64,000 bases of DNA from Takakia lepidozioides. Taxonomy: Eukaryota > Plantae > Bryophyta. Of this stretch, positions 48,491 to 60,908 are shown in pieces. The translations under genes and the position numbers were made by a program. The stretch is taken from assembly GCA_030704615.1 (NCBI GenBank), contig CM060731.1, positions 56,048,001-56,112,000 on the forward strand. The letters run 5' to 3'. How positions within the stretch are numbered: the first letter of the stretch is position 1; every line of letters starts with the position of its first letter. The notes below the pieces were generated by a model, which was not told where the DNA came from, ran no database searches, and worked only from the letters and a program-made list of their open reading frames with translations.

Positions 48491-48850
48491 GTTTTGTCAC
48501 GTTGAGATGTCCCAAACCGCAAGGCCCCAGCCGTGGTGCTTAGTACCGTTGGAAAGCCCTCGACGAGGAGGGGTGCACGGGCTTGGTCTCACGATTTTTG
48601 GACCTGCGGTGTGGGAGATGTGGAATTCCAAGTACTTTTGGTCGCTGGAAAATCACAAAAATTAGCAAAAATGGCAAAGTGGGCATTCCTGGGACAACGG
48701 TTGGAGCCCCGACGGGAGAGATATCAAGTGAAAGGTCTCCGGTTCAAATCTGATTGTAGGCTCTCTGGAAAAAAACTTATTTAGATGACATTGGACATTT
48801 GGGCCAACGGCAAAGGCTACCCTAGGGCCTAGAGGTTGCACTTGGGCTTC
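47596..48850. repeat. Degenerate short-unit tandem repeat region with a duplicated block and a (GTTTT)n microsatellite
   Basis: Recurrent CACTTGGGCCTCGACATAGGAG / GATGACA.TGGACA units. Block 47580-47735 recurs at 48670-48825; (GTTTT)n at ~48465-48496. Confidence 0.7.
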
Positions 48851-48863
48851 CATCCAAGCAAAC

Positions 48864-49070
48864 ACAGAATTACTGTTGGTGGACACTGCTGGCAAACATT
48901 GGCCTGTGATGTGGTATGTAAAGCATTTGCATACGCGTCTAAATGTGGCGTGGAGGCAGTTTTCTCAAGCACAAAACCTTAAAGAAGGCGACGTTTGAGT
49001 TTTTGAGCTGAAAAATCCAATTAGGATCACAAATGTGGTTCACATCTTCAGAGTGGTTCAAACCTATCTG
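48864..49070 (+). pseudogene. B3 DNA-binding domain fragment (REM-like)
   Basis: Manual translation LLVDTAGKHWPVMW...LNVAWRQFSQAQNLKEGDV*VFEL..VHIFRV matches the B3 consensus W..F....L..GD.C.FEL. Confidence 0.7.
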
Positions 49071-49557
49071 TATGGGGAATGAAGCCCATAGTAGTTTTGG
49101 TTCGTCGTCAATTATTTTTTATCAAAACAATAAAACTAAATGATGAGAGACTAAATGATGAGTGACGGAAAAGATACAAACAACTGACTTCCGATCTACG
49201 AAGAGGAAAATACAGAAAAGGCGGTTCAACTCCCCCTCACTTCTTGTCGCAACTTACACGTGAGAGAAGATGAGAGGAGCTTTCCCGTTAAAACGTAACA
49301 AATACATGTCAATATCATATACGAAACAAAGTAAGAGCTTTAAAACCACAATGGGTCATGACTCAAAAGTATTGGTAGAAACATTGAAATAATATTTTTG
49401 AATTATTGAAACTTAAGGGATAGAAAAATCTTTGTCACATTGAGGACATGAAATAACAAACGAAATGCATTGAACCGACAAATACAAGGTCAGATACCAT
49501 GTCAAATACAATTTCAAGTACAATGTCAGCTTGTTGCAGGTGCTTTGAGACCTCCCC

Positions 49558-50765
49558 CCACCAGGGGAGATCTCCAGTGCTCAATATGAGAAGCGTCGAG
49601 CCGTCAAATTAAAAGAAAATAAGATCTAGAAACATTCACATGAACTGGTCATCTAGAAATTAAAACTATCCGGTAAGACAACAGTTATTTGTCACCCTCC
49701 GAATACCAAATAAGAATCCAGGAAATGCCGAATAGACGTCGAGACATAGCAGGGGAGACCTCCCGTGCTACAACTGAAATCAATAGCACAATCGCGAAAA
49801 TACAATTTAGAACGTCGGCATCATAAGCTGCCACCGTTAAAATCGGAGTAGTGAACGACATTCCGCAAGGGAAGATATGAAGGTTTTGGACCAGACAAAA
49901 TCCTCATCATCTTCAGAAAACGAAAACATTTGCGAATCCTTACTATATTCTACAATAAGCTCTAAGAAAAATATAATAATCATGATCGGAAATAGTCAAG
50001 TCACTGTAGCACGGGACATCTCCCGAGCACTATGTGTAAGGGAGAAAACCATCAACCACCATGGGAAATCGGCGGTCCGACATACGAAATGCGTGGAACC
50101 GTTAGACGGAAACAAATAAAAATGTACAACCGTTCATATCCATTTGCCATTCAAAATTCAAAATTTTGGAGATCAGTACAAAAACTATTTGTCTGTAGAT
50201 CAAAAAAAAATCCCAGTAAGTAATATTAAAAAAACAACCTTGACATACCACGGGAGACCTCCTGTGTTACACCTGAAAATCAATAACAACATCTCGAGGA
50301 TATAGTTTAAAATGTCAGATTAAGAAGGGGCCATCGTTGAAATAGATATATAAAAGGACATTCCGCTAGGGAAGAAAATACGATATTCGGACCCCGACAT
50401 ATCCTTATCAGATAACAAACCAAATTGGGACTCATAACTATATTATTCAATGAGCGCTATGGTGAATGAGAATATTAATCATGTCAGTCTGCAATAATCA
50501 AGTATCTGTAGCACGGGAGATCTCCCGTGCTATATGCGTAAAATACAATCAACTAGAACTAAACTTTCAATGAGATGCAGGCAGTCAGGGTTTTAATCGA
50601 TAGAGATATAGATGTTCAGAAATTGAAAGGTTCAAATGGTCGACACAGAGAATTCAAGGTCAACTTCTGATTGTCAAAGGAGCTCCCACAAAATCCTAGC
50701 AATCACCAGTAAGATCAACATTAACACATATTGTTGTCAAATTAGCACGAGAGATCTCCCGTGCA
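49558..50765. repeat. Six spaced copies of the 24-bp palindrome TAGCACGGGAGATCTCCCGTGCTA
   Basis: Copies at ~49558, 49747, 50007, 50246, 50509 (perfect) and 50743. Confidence 0.85.
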
Positions 50766-50781
50766 CCTCTCTACATTGTGC

Positions 50782-51400
50782 TTAATCAGACTCACTTTGA
50801 TCGTTCGCAACATATAGATTTGTTTTCACTTTAACGTCTAGAGTTCCACTTGGAGGTATTCTTCTGAGGTGGCATTGTCCACACCACACTGTTCGTATAT
50901 ATCCATTTTGGTGGATCAGATTCATTGAACTCCCAAGCTTTGTCCCAACAGTTTCTATACCTGTCCACGTCCTCCGTTGCAGCACCTTTAGGTCTCTACC
51001 ACTCCAGAAGGACTTGCCGACATCTCTCATCTGAACGGTCACGAACAACATCAGAATGCCACACCCATCCAAACTGGATATGTCTCTGTATCTGGTGGTC
51101 GAAAAAATATGAAGTTTCCAATTTCAATAACTTTGAATGGGTTCATCAGCTCTTTAGGTCTCTGATTCTTTGGCCCACAATAGAGATCTAGCTGGTTGCA
51201 ATCTTCCTCCTCTAACTCCTCCTGACTCTCACATTCAACCCTAATCCCATCTCTTTTATGATTATCTTTCCACAGAGTCGAAGGCCAAAACCCCTCCTCC
51301 AGCTTGTCCTTTGGCTCAGGCAATGGCTTATCAAGTTCAATAAGAACATCCTTCCAATACTCAACTTGGCATGTGTGCAGCTGCCATACAGAGGGAGGGG
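50782..51400 (-). pseudogene. Probable transposon-associated protein C-terminal fragment
   Basis: Protein-like segment EYWKDVLIEL..LEEGFWPS..GNFIFFRPPDTETYPVWMG next to the palindrome array; family not identified. Confidence 0.3.
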
Positions 51401-53609
51401 GTGCCGTCATGGACGTTATGTTGGTCACTTGGCAATTAACTGGAAGATAAGCACGAGAAGGGAAGCAACTCGACCACATGTGCTGCAAGGAGTCACTGCA
51501 GTTAGGCTTAAGCGGTGGGTAAGGATATAAGCTATGGGTGAAGAGTTGAGCAGAACAGAAGGCTCTGGGGTGTTGCTGCATTTTGTTATCAACCTGTGGT
51601 TTATATCTTCAGATGGGTTTGATTAGCAGCAATGAAGGTAGGGGATGAGCAAGCATGTGAAGCAGCTTTGTAACTTCTGCACCTGCCAGAGGAGGGAGCA
51701 TGGCCATCAAGAATTGAAGGGATGATGTGCGCTGACTAGAAGCTAGGGTTCGCAAGAGATCAAGTTGTTGCTGCGAACGATGGACAGAGCAGAACTGTGA
51801 ATAGTAGGTGATTGCATTCGTTGTACCATCTCGTAACTTTACTTTAAAGGATGATTTGATTAGCAGTAGGGCAGTAAGATGAAGTGTAGATAGTGGAGCA
51901 GCTTGTCTGTCTGGGCTGCTGCCACAGAAGTAAGCGGTGCCATTACTGTTTATGAATTAACTAGGGCTCACTGGCGGATGGTTTGCTGAGGGAAGCGCCA
52001 TGACTTAATGATTCTGGCTACTGGAGAAGCACCGGAAGTAGCAGCAAGCGATAGATATCTAGGCAGCTGCTGACGAGGATGTGAGAGCCAACGTGGGCAA
52101 GGAGCTCCGCCTACTTCTAAGTATAAATCAGCCATGTGAGAAAAAATTGCTTCTTCTTCTTCTTTCACTGAGGAATAGTTGTTGTTCCTAGGACTTGGGA
52201 ACTCTCAAGCAAGACTGATGTAGGAGATAAGACTTTAGAAAATGGAATGGAGTTGGCTTGATTTCAAACCAGGGAGGATGTAGAGAGAATGGGAGATGAT
52301 ACATGGGTCTACTGGAGTGCTGATAGAGGGCAGATGCATCCCTCCCACTGTCACTGAGTGTGTGATGCTTCTTTGCTCTTAATATACTGGTTCCAATATC
52401 ATGAATTTGGTCCCACTGCTGCATTGGGCTTCTCATGTCAATTGCACATGCAATTTCGAGCATAGTAGAGTACAAACCAACAAGGTCTGCTGTCTTTTAT
52501 CATAGTGTATAAATTAGGGATGCTCTTGTGATTCTGTCAGAGTTAAGGGGGTGTTACATATGCCACATACACATAGTTGAGTGATGATAGGGTAATTTCC
52601 TACAATCTGTTTAGTACACTTGCATTATTAGAGAAAGATGGTTCAGCTTGGGGCAACCTATGCATTGGAAGCTGAATACAAAAGTGGAGCTTAGTGGAAT
52701 GCCTGTATGGTCAATGAGGGTTGTTTGGGATGAGAGAAGGATTCATTTAAGAAGTGGTGATGCTTGTGTGTTCCAGGTTAAATTTCCAAGATGATTTACA
52801 TTGCATGTAGATTTAGGCTGATTGTTAGATAATTGGAGCCGAGTACTTGTATCTGAAAGGGGAGAGAAAAGTTTTGGGAAGGGAGAGAGCTGCATAGTAA
52901 AAGGGGTAATGATGGGATGGTCAAGTGAGAGACAAAGAGGGAAAACCATGAGCTGTGTTTGCTTTTCACGTTCAGAATCTGTTGTTGACCTCTTTATGCC
53001 TGGTGGTGTGATGCAAGCGGTTGTGTATAATGACTGTTTGACCTAGAGGCACAAACTTGGCACAAGCACATACCCAGGCTCTGCCACCTAACCATCTATC
53101 TGCCAATCTGCCATAAACCTCTGCCAGTAACTCTAGTTAGAGCCGCAAAACCCTCATCAGTACATCTCAAACCATGAGTTCACCTATAAAACATCGTTGT
53201 CTAGCAGTGGTGTATCTCTATTCCTGCTTGAAAGGAGTAGCAACGACCTGTGGCCAAGGCAGCTCCAATCCATCCCAAGACGATATTGAACAAAGACAAT
53301 AATGACTTGCTATAGGACTTGACAGTCTGACCAAGCCACCCAACACCAGAACTCAAGCTATTGTGTTTAGTTTCAAAAAACTGGTGTCTTGTAACCTAGT
53401 TCCATCTGTTGCTATGGCATGTCACTCAGTCCCCCAAATTCCAATCCAATCACCTCTATTGCAACTTGCAAACACCTCTCAAACAAGTTGTAAAAGCACC
53501 TTCTTCTCCAATATACAGCATGACAAGGGCCAAAAGTTCATCAGGTGAAGGCTTTCAAAGACTAGTGACCAACACTTGAAAACTTGCCCTTGCAGCATCT
53601 GTGCATGTC

Positions 53610-54232
53610 AATAGGTCGAGGGTGTTATACCCCCGATGCCTCTAATCATTCGCTTTACCTGATAAAACTTCACGAGCTCCAGCTATCCTGAGGGAAACTT
53701 TGGAGGGAACCAGCTACTAGATGGTTCGATTAGTCTTTCGCCCCTATACCCAAGTCTGACGAACGATTTGCACGTCAGTATTGCTACGAGCCTCCACCAG
53801 AGTTTCCTCTGGCTTCGCCCTGCTCAGGCATAGTTCACCATCTTTCGGGTCCCAGCAGGTATGCTCACACTCAAACCTTTCACAGAAGATCACGGTCGGT
53901 CGATGGTGCTCCCCGGAGGGATCCCACCTGTCAGGTTCCTTGCGCCTCAATGGGTTTCCCACCCACCGGCTCGCATACATGTTAGACTCCTTGGTCCGTG
54001 TTTCAAGATGGGTCGGATGGAGAGCTCTATTACGCCAGCGTCCCAAGCGCGCAGGTGCCCTGAGGCCCGCCACGAGTGGCGCGCGCTTCGCCCCTTGGCC
54101 ACCGCAACGGCATAGGCCGACAACATAAGCCGGCTCTTGTCCCGTCGCGATGGCCCACGCTGACCAGCGCCCCGCGTTGAGTGGCGGACCAGCTCTCGCC
54201 GTTCCGCATCCAACCGAGGCGCACCCGCAGCT
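53610..54232 (-). rRNA. Isolated fragment of the nuclear large-subunit (26S) rRNA gene (non-functional)
   Basis: Contains the LSU conserved blocks TTGAAACACGGACCAAGGAGTCTAACATG and GGGCGAAAGACTAATCGAACCATCTAGTAGCTGGTTCCCTC; only ~620 bp. Confidence 0.92.
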
Positions 54233-54239
54233 TCCATTC

Positions 54240-54938
54240 GCTGGGAGCCTCAAGGATGCAAAGGGGCTATTTGACAATATGGCAGAACAAAATGTGGTGT
54301 CATGGAATGCGATGATCACAGGTTATGCCCAGCATGGATGCGAAATGGATGCTTTGGAGACCTATGAGCAAATGATCCGAGAAGGGGTGAAGCCAGACTA
54401 GGTCACTTTCCTTTGCGTTTGCAATGCGTGTGCAGGGAGGGCAGCCCTTAAAAAGGGCAGAGAGGTCCATGGTTGCATCAGCAAATCTGGAATTTGTACC
54501 AATTGTCCTTCTGGACGCTACCCTGGTGGACATGTATGTGAAATGTGGGTGCATCGAGGATGCAAAGGGAGTATTTGACTATATGGCTGAACGAAATGTG
54601 GTGTCGTGGAATGCGACGATTGCAGGATACGCCCAGCATGGTTGTCATAGGAGGTCCTGCAACTATTTGAATGAATACAAAAGAACGGCCTGAAGCCGGA
54701 CAGTATCACCTTTATATGTGTTCTCTTTGCATGCAGCCACACTGGCCTCCTGAATGAAGGAAGACGCTACTTTGATTCCCTAAGTCAAGATGAGTCGTGC
54801 TGTCACTCTGACAGTAAAGCACTTTGGCTACATGGTGGACCTTTTTGGACGTGCGGGACAACTGGATGAGGTGGTGGACCCGATTAATAAAATGCCATCA
54901 ATCCAGATGCTGTGGTGTGGAAGGCCTTGCTTGGTGCT
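54240..54938 (+). pseudogene. PLS PPR fragment (S-P-L-S-P2-L2-S2-E1 start)
   Basis: GSLKDAKGLFDNMAEQNVVSWNAMI..., KHFGYMVDLFGRAG and VWKALLGA, with stops and frameshifts. Confidence 0.85.
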
Positions 54939-55151
54939 CATAGAACAAACTACGTTCAATTTCGAAGAGAAATATCCATATCTGCATCAGTATTTTCTAT
55001 CAAGACAGATTTTGTTCAAAACAATAACCCCTATAGAGTTCAGGAACACTTACTGCGGAATGCTGTCATTTCACCTTCTGCAAATTTTGAAAGATGCTTG
55101 AATTTGCATGTTGTATAATTTCCATTTTGCAATGTATGTATCTGATTGCAG

Positions 55152-55690
55152 GACCCGCAAACTGAAAACAATACCTACCTAGGTTTTGTTTACACTGCCT
55201 TCCAGGAGCGAGCAACCTTTATCCCACCACGGTAATACTGTGCGACATGCTAAGTTCCATGGTGACTCCAAACTGGCCACTGTATGTCAACTCATTACCG
55301 CAGATGTGAGACGTCACGAGAATGCATACACCAAGATTGTGGAGAAGCTTTTTGAGCTGGACCCCGACGGGGCCATGCTGGCGTTTGCTGATATGATGAG
55401 GAAGATTATTGGTATGCCAGCACACCTGATATATGATGGACAAAATGAGCACCATTTTGATGATTTTTCTGTGGTGGCCCATAGGACTGGGGTGTATACT
55501 GCTCGGGACTACGCTGACATCATGGAGCACCTGGTAAACAGGTGGAATGTCGCAAGTATCCAAGGGCTCTCCAGCGGGGTCAGAGAGCACAAGATTATGT
55601 TTGTTCGTTGCCACCTCGTATCCGGAAGCTTGAGGAGCGGCCACAGTCTAAGGTGAAGACAGGTCCGAAGACTTGAAGTTTTAGCTGAAT
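55152..55690 (+). pseudogene. SAD: Orphan last exon of stearoyl-ACP desaturase (SAD/FAB2-like)
   Basis: After the acceptor TTGCAG it reads [23 protein letters not shown]../[39 protein letters not shown]. It is frameshifted and the DEKRHE ligand motif is altered. Confidence 0.85.
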
Positions 55691-56694
55691 TTTTAACAGG
55701 GAAGTGGCTCTTTTGTGAATCAAAGGCAATCCTCAATCCCCATGCAACTGTGTTCTGCTGGTGCTAACTGAATTGTGTCCTAGTGTACATTGGGCTCATC
55801 TAGTTTGACAGGAGCTGTAAAACACAGTAGGTTAGTTCACCTTTCTTGGTCCTGGTATGCAACATTGAAGCTAGACCTGACCACAGATAAGACCACACAG
55901 TTGGTTGGTGGCTTGATCTTTATGGGTCTGTCCACCCTTTCTTATAGATCTACCTAGCGTGAATGTGTGCTTTGTGTATTAGGGACTTTGTGGCAGGCAC
56001 AGAAGGGAGTTTTTCCGCTCTCTAGCTTTTCAGGCAAACAACAAGAGTTTTTGAAAGGTGGAATCTACCTCGCTCCAATATTTCTAGGATATTTGCGTTT
56101 CAGGAATTGGGAATTGTACAGAAAAGTTCCAGTAGCAGGTAGTGTTGTTTATGTAAGGCGGACTGAGTTTGGCAGGCAGCAGGTAAGAAAATTATAAACT
56201 AGGGTCAAAATGGATCAATGTACTGCCATTTTTACCCTCCAGATATCGAGTTGCTTCCATATTCTCCACCCTCCTGACTATTGTTGAAACACAAGGTCAA
56301 AGTACACCCACAAAACAATTTCTCCTTCTCTTTAGTGCACTGTGTTTGTTTGTGCTCTATTCATTTGTTTTGGATTCTTGTCCTAAAGATGTCATACATT
56401 TTTTTCCTTTTCTTTGTCTCTTTCCTATGGCTGCTAGACCTAGCAAATCGACAGTTCTGTGCAACATGTGAATTGCTCAAGTATGAGCTTTTCAGGAAAT
56501 CCTGGAGCCAGGAAGTCCCGACTCTTGGTGGCACCGACCAAAAAAATGTTGATTTCTATATGTAAACATTTAACACCCTTCGGATGACCACGTCTTTTTT
56601 GTGCAAATTGAACGTAGTTCTCAGAATTCGTCGCTAGTAGTGGAGCAACGCGAAGCCCTAGTGTTGAAACATATTGCGACATCAGGACAACCAG

Positions 56695-56765
56695 CATGTA
56701 GCCCAGTGGTAATGGGCACATACCACGTTGGATGTGGTTGTGGGTTCAAACCACGGTCTGGTGTG
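56695..56765 (+). other. tRNA-derived (SINE-head-like) Pol III box A/box B relic
   Basis: TAGCCCAGTGG (56699) and GGTTCAAACC (56743) with tRNA-like spacing. Confidence 0.35.
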
Positions 56766-57112
56766 TCATGAAGGTGTCCACTTTTCAACTGAAGGCAGTA
56801 GCCCTTGTGGTGAAGTGACACCATAAGTTATGCTCCCTTCGGGAGACGTCATTTTTTATTTATTTTTGCGACATCTGTGTGAGCAAAGCCTTGAAACGTT
56901 TGTCTTATTAGAGGAGTTGTTCATTGGTTTAAATGTACCCCATAGCCTATAAGGGACTGTGTCAACATTCCATCTATGGCAGTGATTCTTATGCCATCAT
57001 GGGAAGATGTGATGAGCTCCTTGTGACCATGCCCTTATGGCACTTCATGTTCTCCCATCCCCCATCCATGCCATTTCACCACTCCCTCCACTACACTAAT
57101 GCCAACTATGTA

Positions 57113-57169
57113 CTAGGTAGCGCACTGGAGCGCGGCTGCTACGGCCCGTAGCGGCCGCACTCCAGTGCG
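57113..57169 (-). mobile_element. Probable Helitron 3' terminus (hairpin + CTAG|T)
   Basis: GC-rich palindrome 57121-57169 (2 mismatches), followed on the minus strand by CTACCTAG and T. Confidence 0.5.
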
Positions 57170-59002
57170 TCACAGGACGTAATGTCACTATCGCTAAGGA
57201 TGGAGCAGGTCATAAAGTGACCTGCTGAGTAGGTCTTTCAACCCTGTCACATCATAAAGGACACATGAAGGACACAAAATACGAGATGAAAAAAAGGACA
57301 CATGCTACAGGAAATAGCAGGCCTCCTCGTACGCAATCAAAACCTGCCACGTCAGCGTGATGCGCACGGCTGTACATTATGAAACTATTAAGTTCAACAT
57401 GTATTGTTTATGTGCAGGTGCTGTGAAAGATACACACATAAAGCTTAAAAAGGAAGAGGACACAACAAGTGTAGCTTGGTGGGTCAAAGATTAGAGCCAT
57501 ACCCGCGATATTGCTTCAACGGATCTGGCAGTTGCAAAAAGAATCACAGAGACATCCAAAAATTGAAAGAAGACTGAATATGTAGAGCAGTTTCATTCGG
57601 GCCCTGATTCTAGAGTGGTCCAGGAATTACTGTGGCCCAGGAATTAGAGTGGGGCGCCTATGTAGGGAGGCCACCTCTATTAAGGAATGAGATGAGGGGG
57701 TCCAAAAAAAGAAAGGAGGAATTGGCTAAATTTAGAATAGGGAGTCTTGTAGGGTTGACATGTGTCCAGACGGCGGGCTTCTAGAAGGGTCCACCGCCCT
57801 GAGAGGCTATATAAGGGACCCCCCTCTTACTACCTACTAACTTACTACCTACTAAATTAGCAAATTGTGTGCTCTGCAAAGGCAGGGCCCCCCAAATAAA
57901 AACAGCAAACAGCAAAGACTGAATGAGGCTTCATGCCGGACCTTTGCTCCTAAACGTCTTTGGACGATATTAAATCTCCGCCAAAATGCTTTAGAGACAT
58001 GTTAAGAACTAAACGGCTAGGCAATGAGGGCTCCACAGTAGAGGGCCATCGAGCTCTTTTAAACCCACCCAACATGAGCAACTGATAAAATGTCAATTTA
58101 GAAAAACTAGGAATTAGCAGCCACCTTTTTTTTTTTTTTAAAAGTATTAGGGAAGGGTCGTTCCCAAGGCCCTTCCTGAATTTGAGAGCACCGGCAACGA
58201 GGGCGGAGCCCGAGTTCCGGGTGCTCGAAAGGAAGGGCCGTGGGAACGACCCTTCCCCAACGTGAAAAAGGGAAATTTTTCTTTCCAGCTCCTTGCCCCA
58301 CAAATCGGGGGACCCTTCCACGCGCGGATGGTACTTCCCGCAAATTGGGGGACCCTTCCAAAAGCGGAAGGTACTTCCCGTAAATCAGGGGAACCTTGCG
58401 GCCAGGGAGGCTCCTTGAATTACAAAGAAAAAAAATTGCCACTGTTTTACGGAACAGGGGACAGAGGCCAGGCTGGTAGAACTTTATTAAGTTTATTAGG
58501 GGGAACAAATTAAAACCCCGTTGGACACCATGGAGGCACACACCCTGCGGACAGTGAAGAGAGAACTAGCCTCCTGAAAAGGAGAAGACAGTAACCCTGT
58601 CTAAGAACCCTGTCTCAAACGGACCCGGGAGGGGGTGAGTGCGCAGGCAAACCTCTGCAAGAGTGATTCAAACAAATCCTTCTACCGAGGAAGCAGGTAA
58701 AGGAGGCCCTACTGAAGGCGTGAGCCCGCTAGGGGGTCGAGTCAAGCAGGACTAGAGCGCGCCAGTTGAGAGCATGAGAAGACTTGAAAATTTTGCGATT
58801 CTAGACCTGCAACTTGTAGAGAAAAGTGAGAGGAGAATTGTCTAACGCAACTGGTTTTTTTGTTTTTTTCGCTCCTGCAGTGTGGATTTCCGTTTACTGT
58901 TTCTTCAAATCCATTAAAAAATGCCGACACCGAAAAAACAATCCAACCATCATCAGCAGAGTGACCGCATCTGTGTCGGCAGGTGCGATTCTAGTTTCAA
59001 AG

Positions 59003-59463
59003 ATCAAGAAGCTCTATGTACAGCAAAAATGCTCCTCAAGTACTTTCTGACAATGGGATGTACATGTGCTATGGAGGGGGAAGAAAATCAGTAGGTGGAG
59101 AAAAAACAGGAAAACCTATGCAAAAATGCATTTTAATCAACATTACAAATACGACCCCTATCCCACACGGACAGCTAAAGCAGTTTGCCCTTGTATTCTA
59201 CTCTTTCATCTATACTGCTTTTCTTTTGTCTCATATTAATCTCTTGTTCTGAAATCAAGAAGCTCTATGTACAGCAAAAATGCTCCTCAAGTACTTTCTG
59301 ACAATGGGATGTACATGTGCTATGGAGGGGGAAGAAAATCAGTAGTACGTGGAGAAAAAAAAGAAAAACCTATGCAAACCACCACTCGATGCATTTTAAT
59401 CAACATTCCAAATATGACCCCTATCCCACTCGGACAGCTAAAGCAGTTTGCCTTTGTGTTCTC
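59003..59463. repeat. Two-copy ~250-bp tandem duplication
   Basis: ATCAAGAAGCTCTATGTACAGC... starts at 59003 and 59254. Confidence 0.85.
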
Positions 59464-60346
59464 TGACACTCTTTAATCTCTTTGAACTTCTGGACCTTAT
59501 ACATTTCTCTGTCTTCCTTTCATCCACAGAAAGTCCATGGCATGGTTGTATTCCATAGAAGACACTGATTGCAATGTACATGACTGAATGAGAATTGTTT
59601 ATTGAGATCTCGATCGGAACTGGATCTTATTTTCTACAGAAGAGAGATACCACTGAACACAAAAATTGGCACTAGATGAATGTCTACGCCTCTAGATGAG
59701 GCATAAGTCCAAAAATCCGCACAACCAACTACTTCATATCTAGTTACTAGTGAGAGGTGAGTGAGAGGTAGGGCGCTGAAGCTGCGGTCAGTGCGTATCC
59801 ACACCGTGATCCGAAATGCGATGTATACATATATCCGTACCCATCTCCAAATTATTCTCCATCTCACCCACTCCCCCCCTCCACCGACTGTGCTAGTTTG
59901 TAAACGTGGACATCCCCACCTTCAGGGAAGTTCAAAACGTCACTTTTCATGGACAAACGTATGATCTCCAATATTGGAAAACCAAATAGCAGTTGACAAG
60001 TTCCATCTCCAACTGTCTCGAAAGAAATTAGAAGCACTTGAACGACCTGAACAATGTAGTCAGTGCAGGGCACTTATAAGTCCTGAGCAGGCTTGCACAA
60101 TTAGTCAGGATACTCCTTTCATAAACCCTGTAGTTATTCACCCATCCACCGAATACAAAATTTTGGCTGCCAATACATTCACACTCATCTTTACCTCACC
60201 TCTGCACTCGCGCAATGCACTGCGACGCTGAGTTACACAACGGGTTGACATCTGCCTATCACAGTCTACGAGTCCAAATTTTGTCAAGCTGGTGGATAGA
60301 ATACCTGCTCAATTCGTGGATGCCAGTTCAAACCCGAAGAAATCTC

Positions 60347-60757
60347 TTAGTACGTTGGAGAACTCTGATATGGAGATGGGGAGTATGGAGGAGAGTAAGT
60401 GGGAGAAGGAGAGTATGGGGGAGAGTACGTGGGGGATGGGGAGTAAGGGGGAGAGTACGTGGGGGAAGGAGAGTATGGAGGCGAGTAAGTGGGGGAAGGA
60501 GAGTAAGTGGGTGACGAGTATGGGGGAGAGTAGGTGGGAGAAGGAGAGTATGGGGGCGAGTAGGTGGGGGAGGGAGAGTATGGGGGAGAGTATGCGGGAG
60601 ACTCATATGGTGGGGATTCCACAGGTGGGGGAGGACACCAAAGGAATTCCAAAGACTTCTGAGAGCCCTTCAGAAATGGCCTCTTGTCTGCCTCCACCAA
60701 CACGCTGCCCACGAGAGCAACCAACAAGACTAGCACAATTCCATATCCACCCTTCAT
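60347..60757 (-). CDS. Small secreted extensin-like hydroxyproline-rich glycoprotein
   Basis: Hydrophobic signal peptide (MKGGYGIVLVLLVALVGSVLVEA) followed by YSPPYSPSPT repeats. Confidence 0.8.
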   Translation of the reverse strand: MKGGYGIVLVLLVALVGSVLVEADKRPFLKGSQKSLEFLWCPPPPVESPPYESPAYSPPYSPSPTYSPPYSPSPTYSPPYSSPTYSPSPTYSPPYSPSPTYSPPYSPSPTYSPPYSPSPTYSPPYSPSPYQSSPTY

Positions 60758-60898
60758 CTCTCTCCTCTGCCTGCTTCCTCTCCAAGTCGGTGTATATGCT
60801 CACACAGAAGATTGACACAAGCTGGGAGGAAGCTCCCGGTGAGGTCAACTCAGCTCAGCTGCTGAGCTCCAGTGTACAATAGCGGGCGGCGGAGGCGG

Positions 60899-60908
60899 TA
60901 TATATAGT
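60899..60908 (-). promoter_or_regulatory. Putative TATA box of the extensin-like gene
   Basis: CTATATATA on the minus strand ~145 nt upstream of the ATG. Confidence 0.5.

Noticed and set aside
49558-50765. CRISPR array interpretation of the spaced palindromes
   Set aside because: Spacers are 170-240 bp and partly homologous, there are no cas genes, and the context is eukaryotic.
53744-54319. 191-aa ORF and overlapping ORFs
   Set aside because: Spurious translations of the 26S rRNA fragment.
57600-58800. Possible LTR/LINE 5' region with a TATA-like motif
   Set aside because: No partner repeat, PBS or coding motif could be identified.
60292-60882. 196-aa plus-strand ESMG/ESKW repeat ORF
   Set aside because: Antisense of the extensin-like gene.
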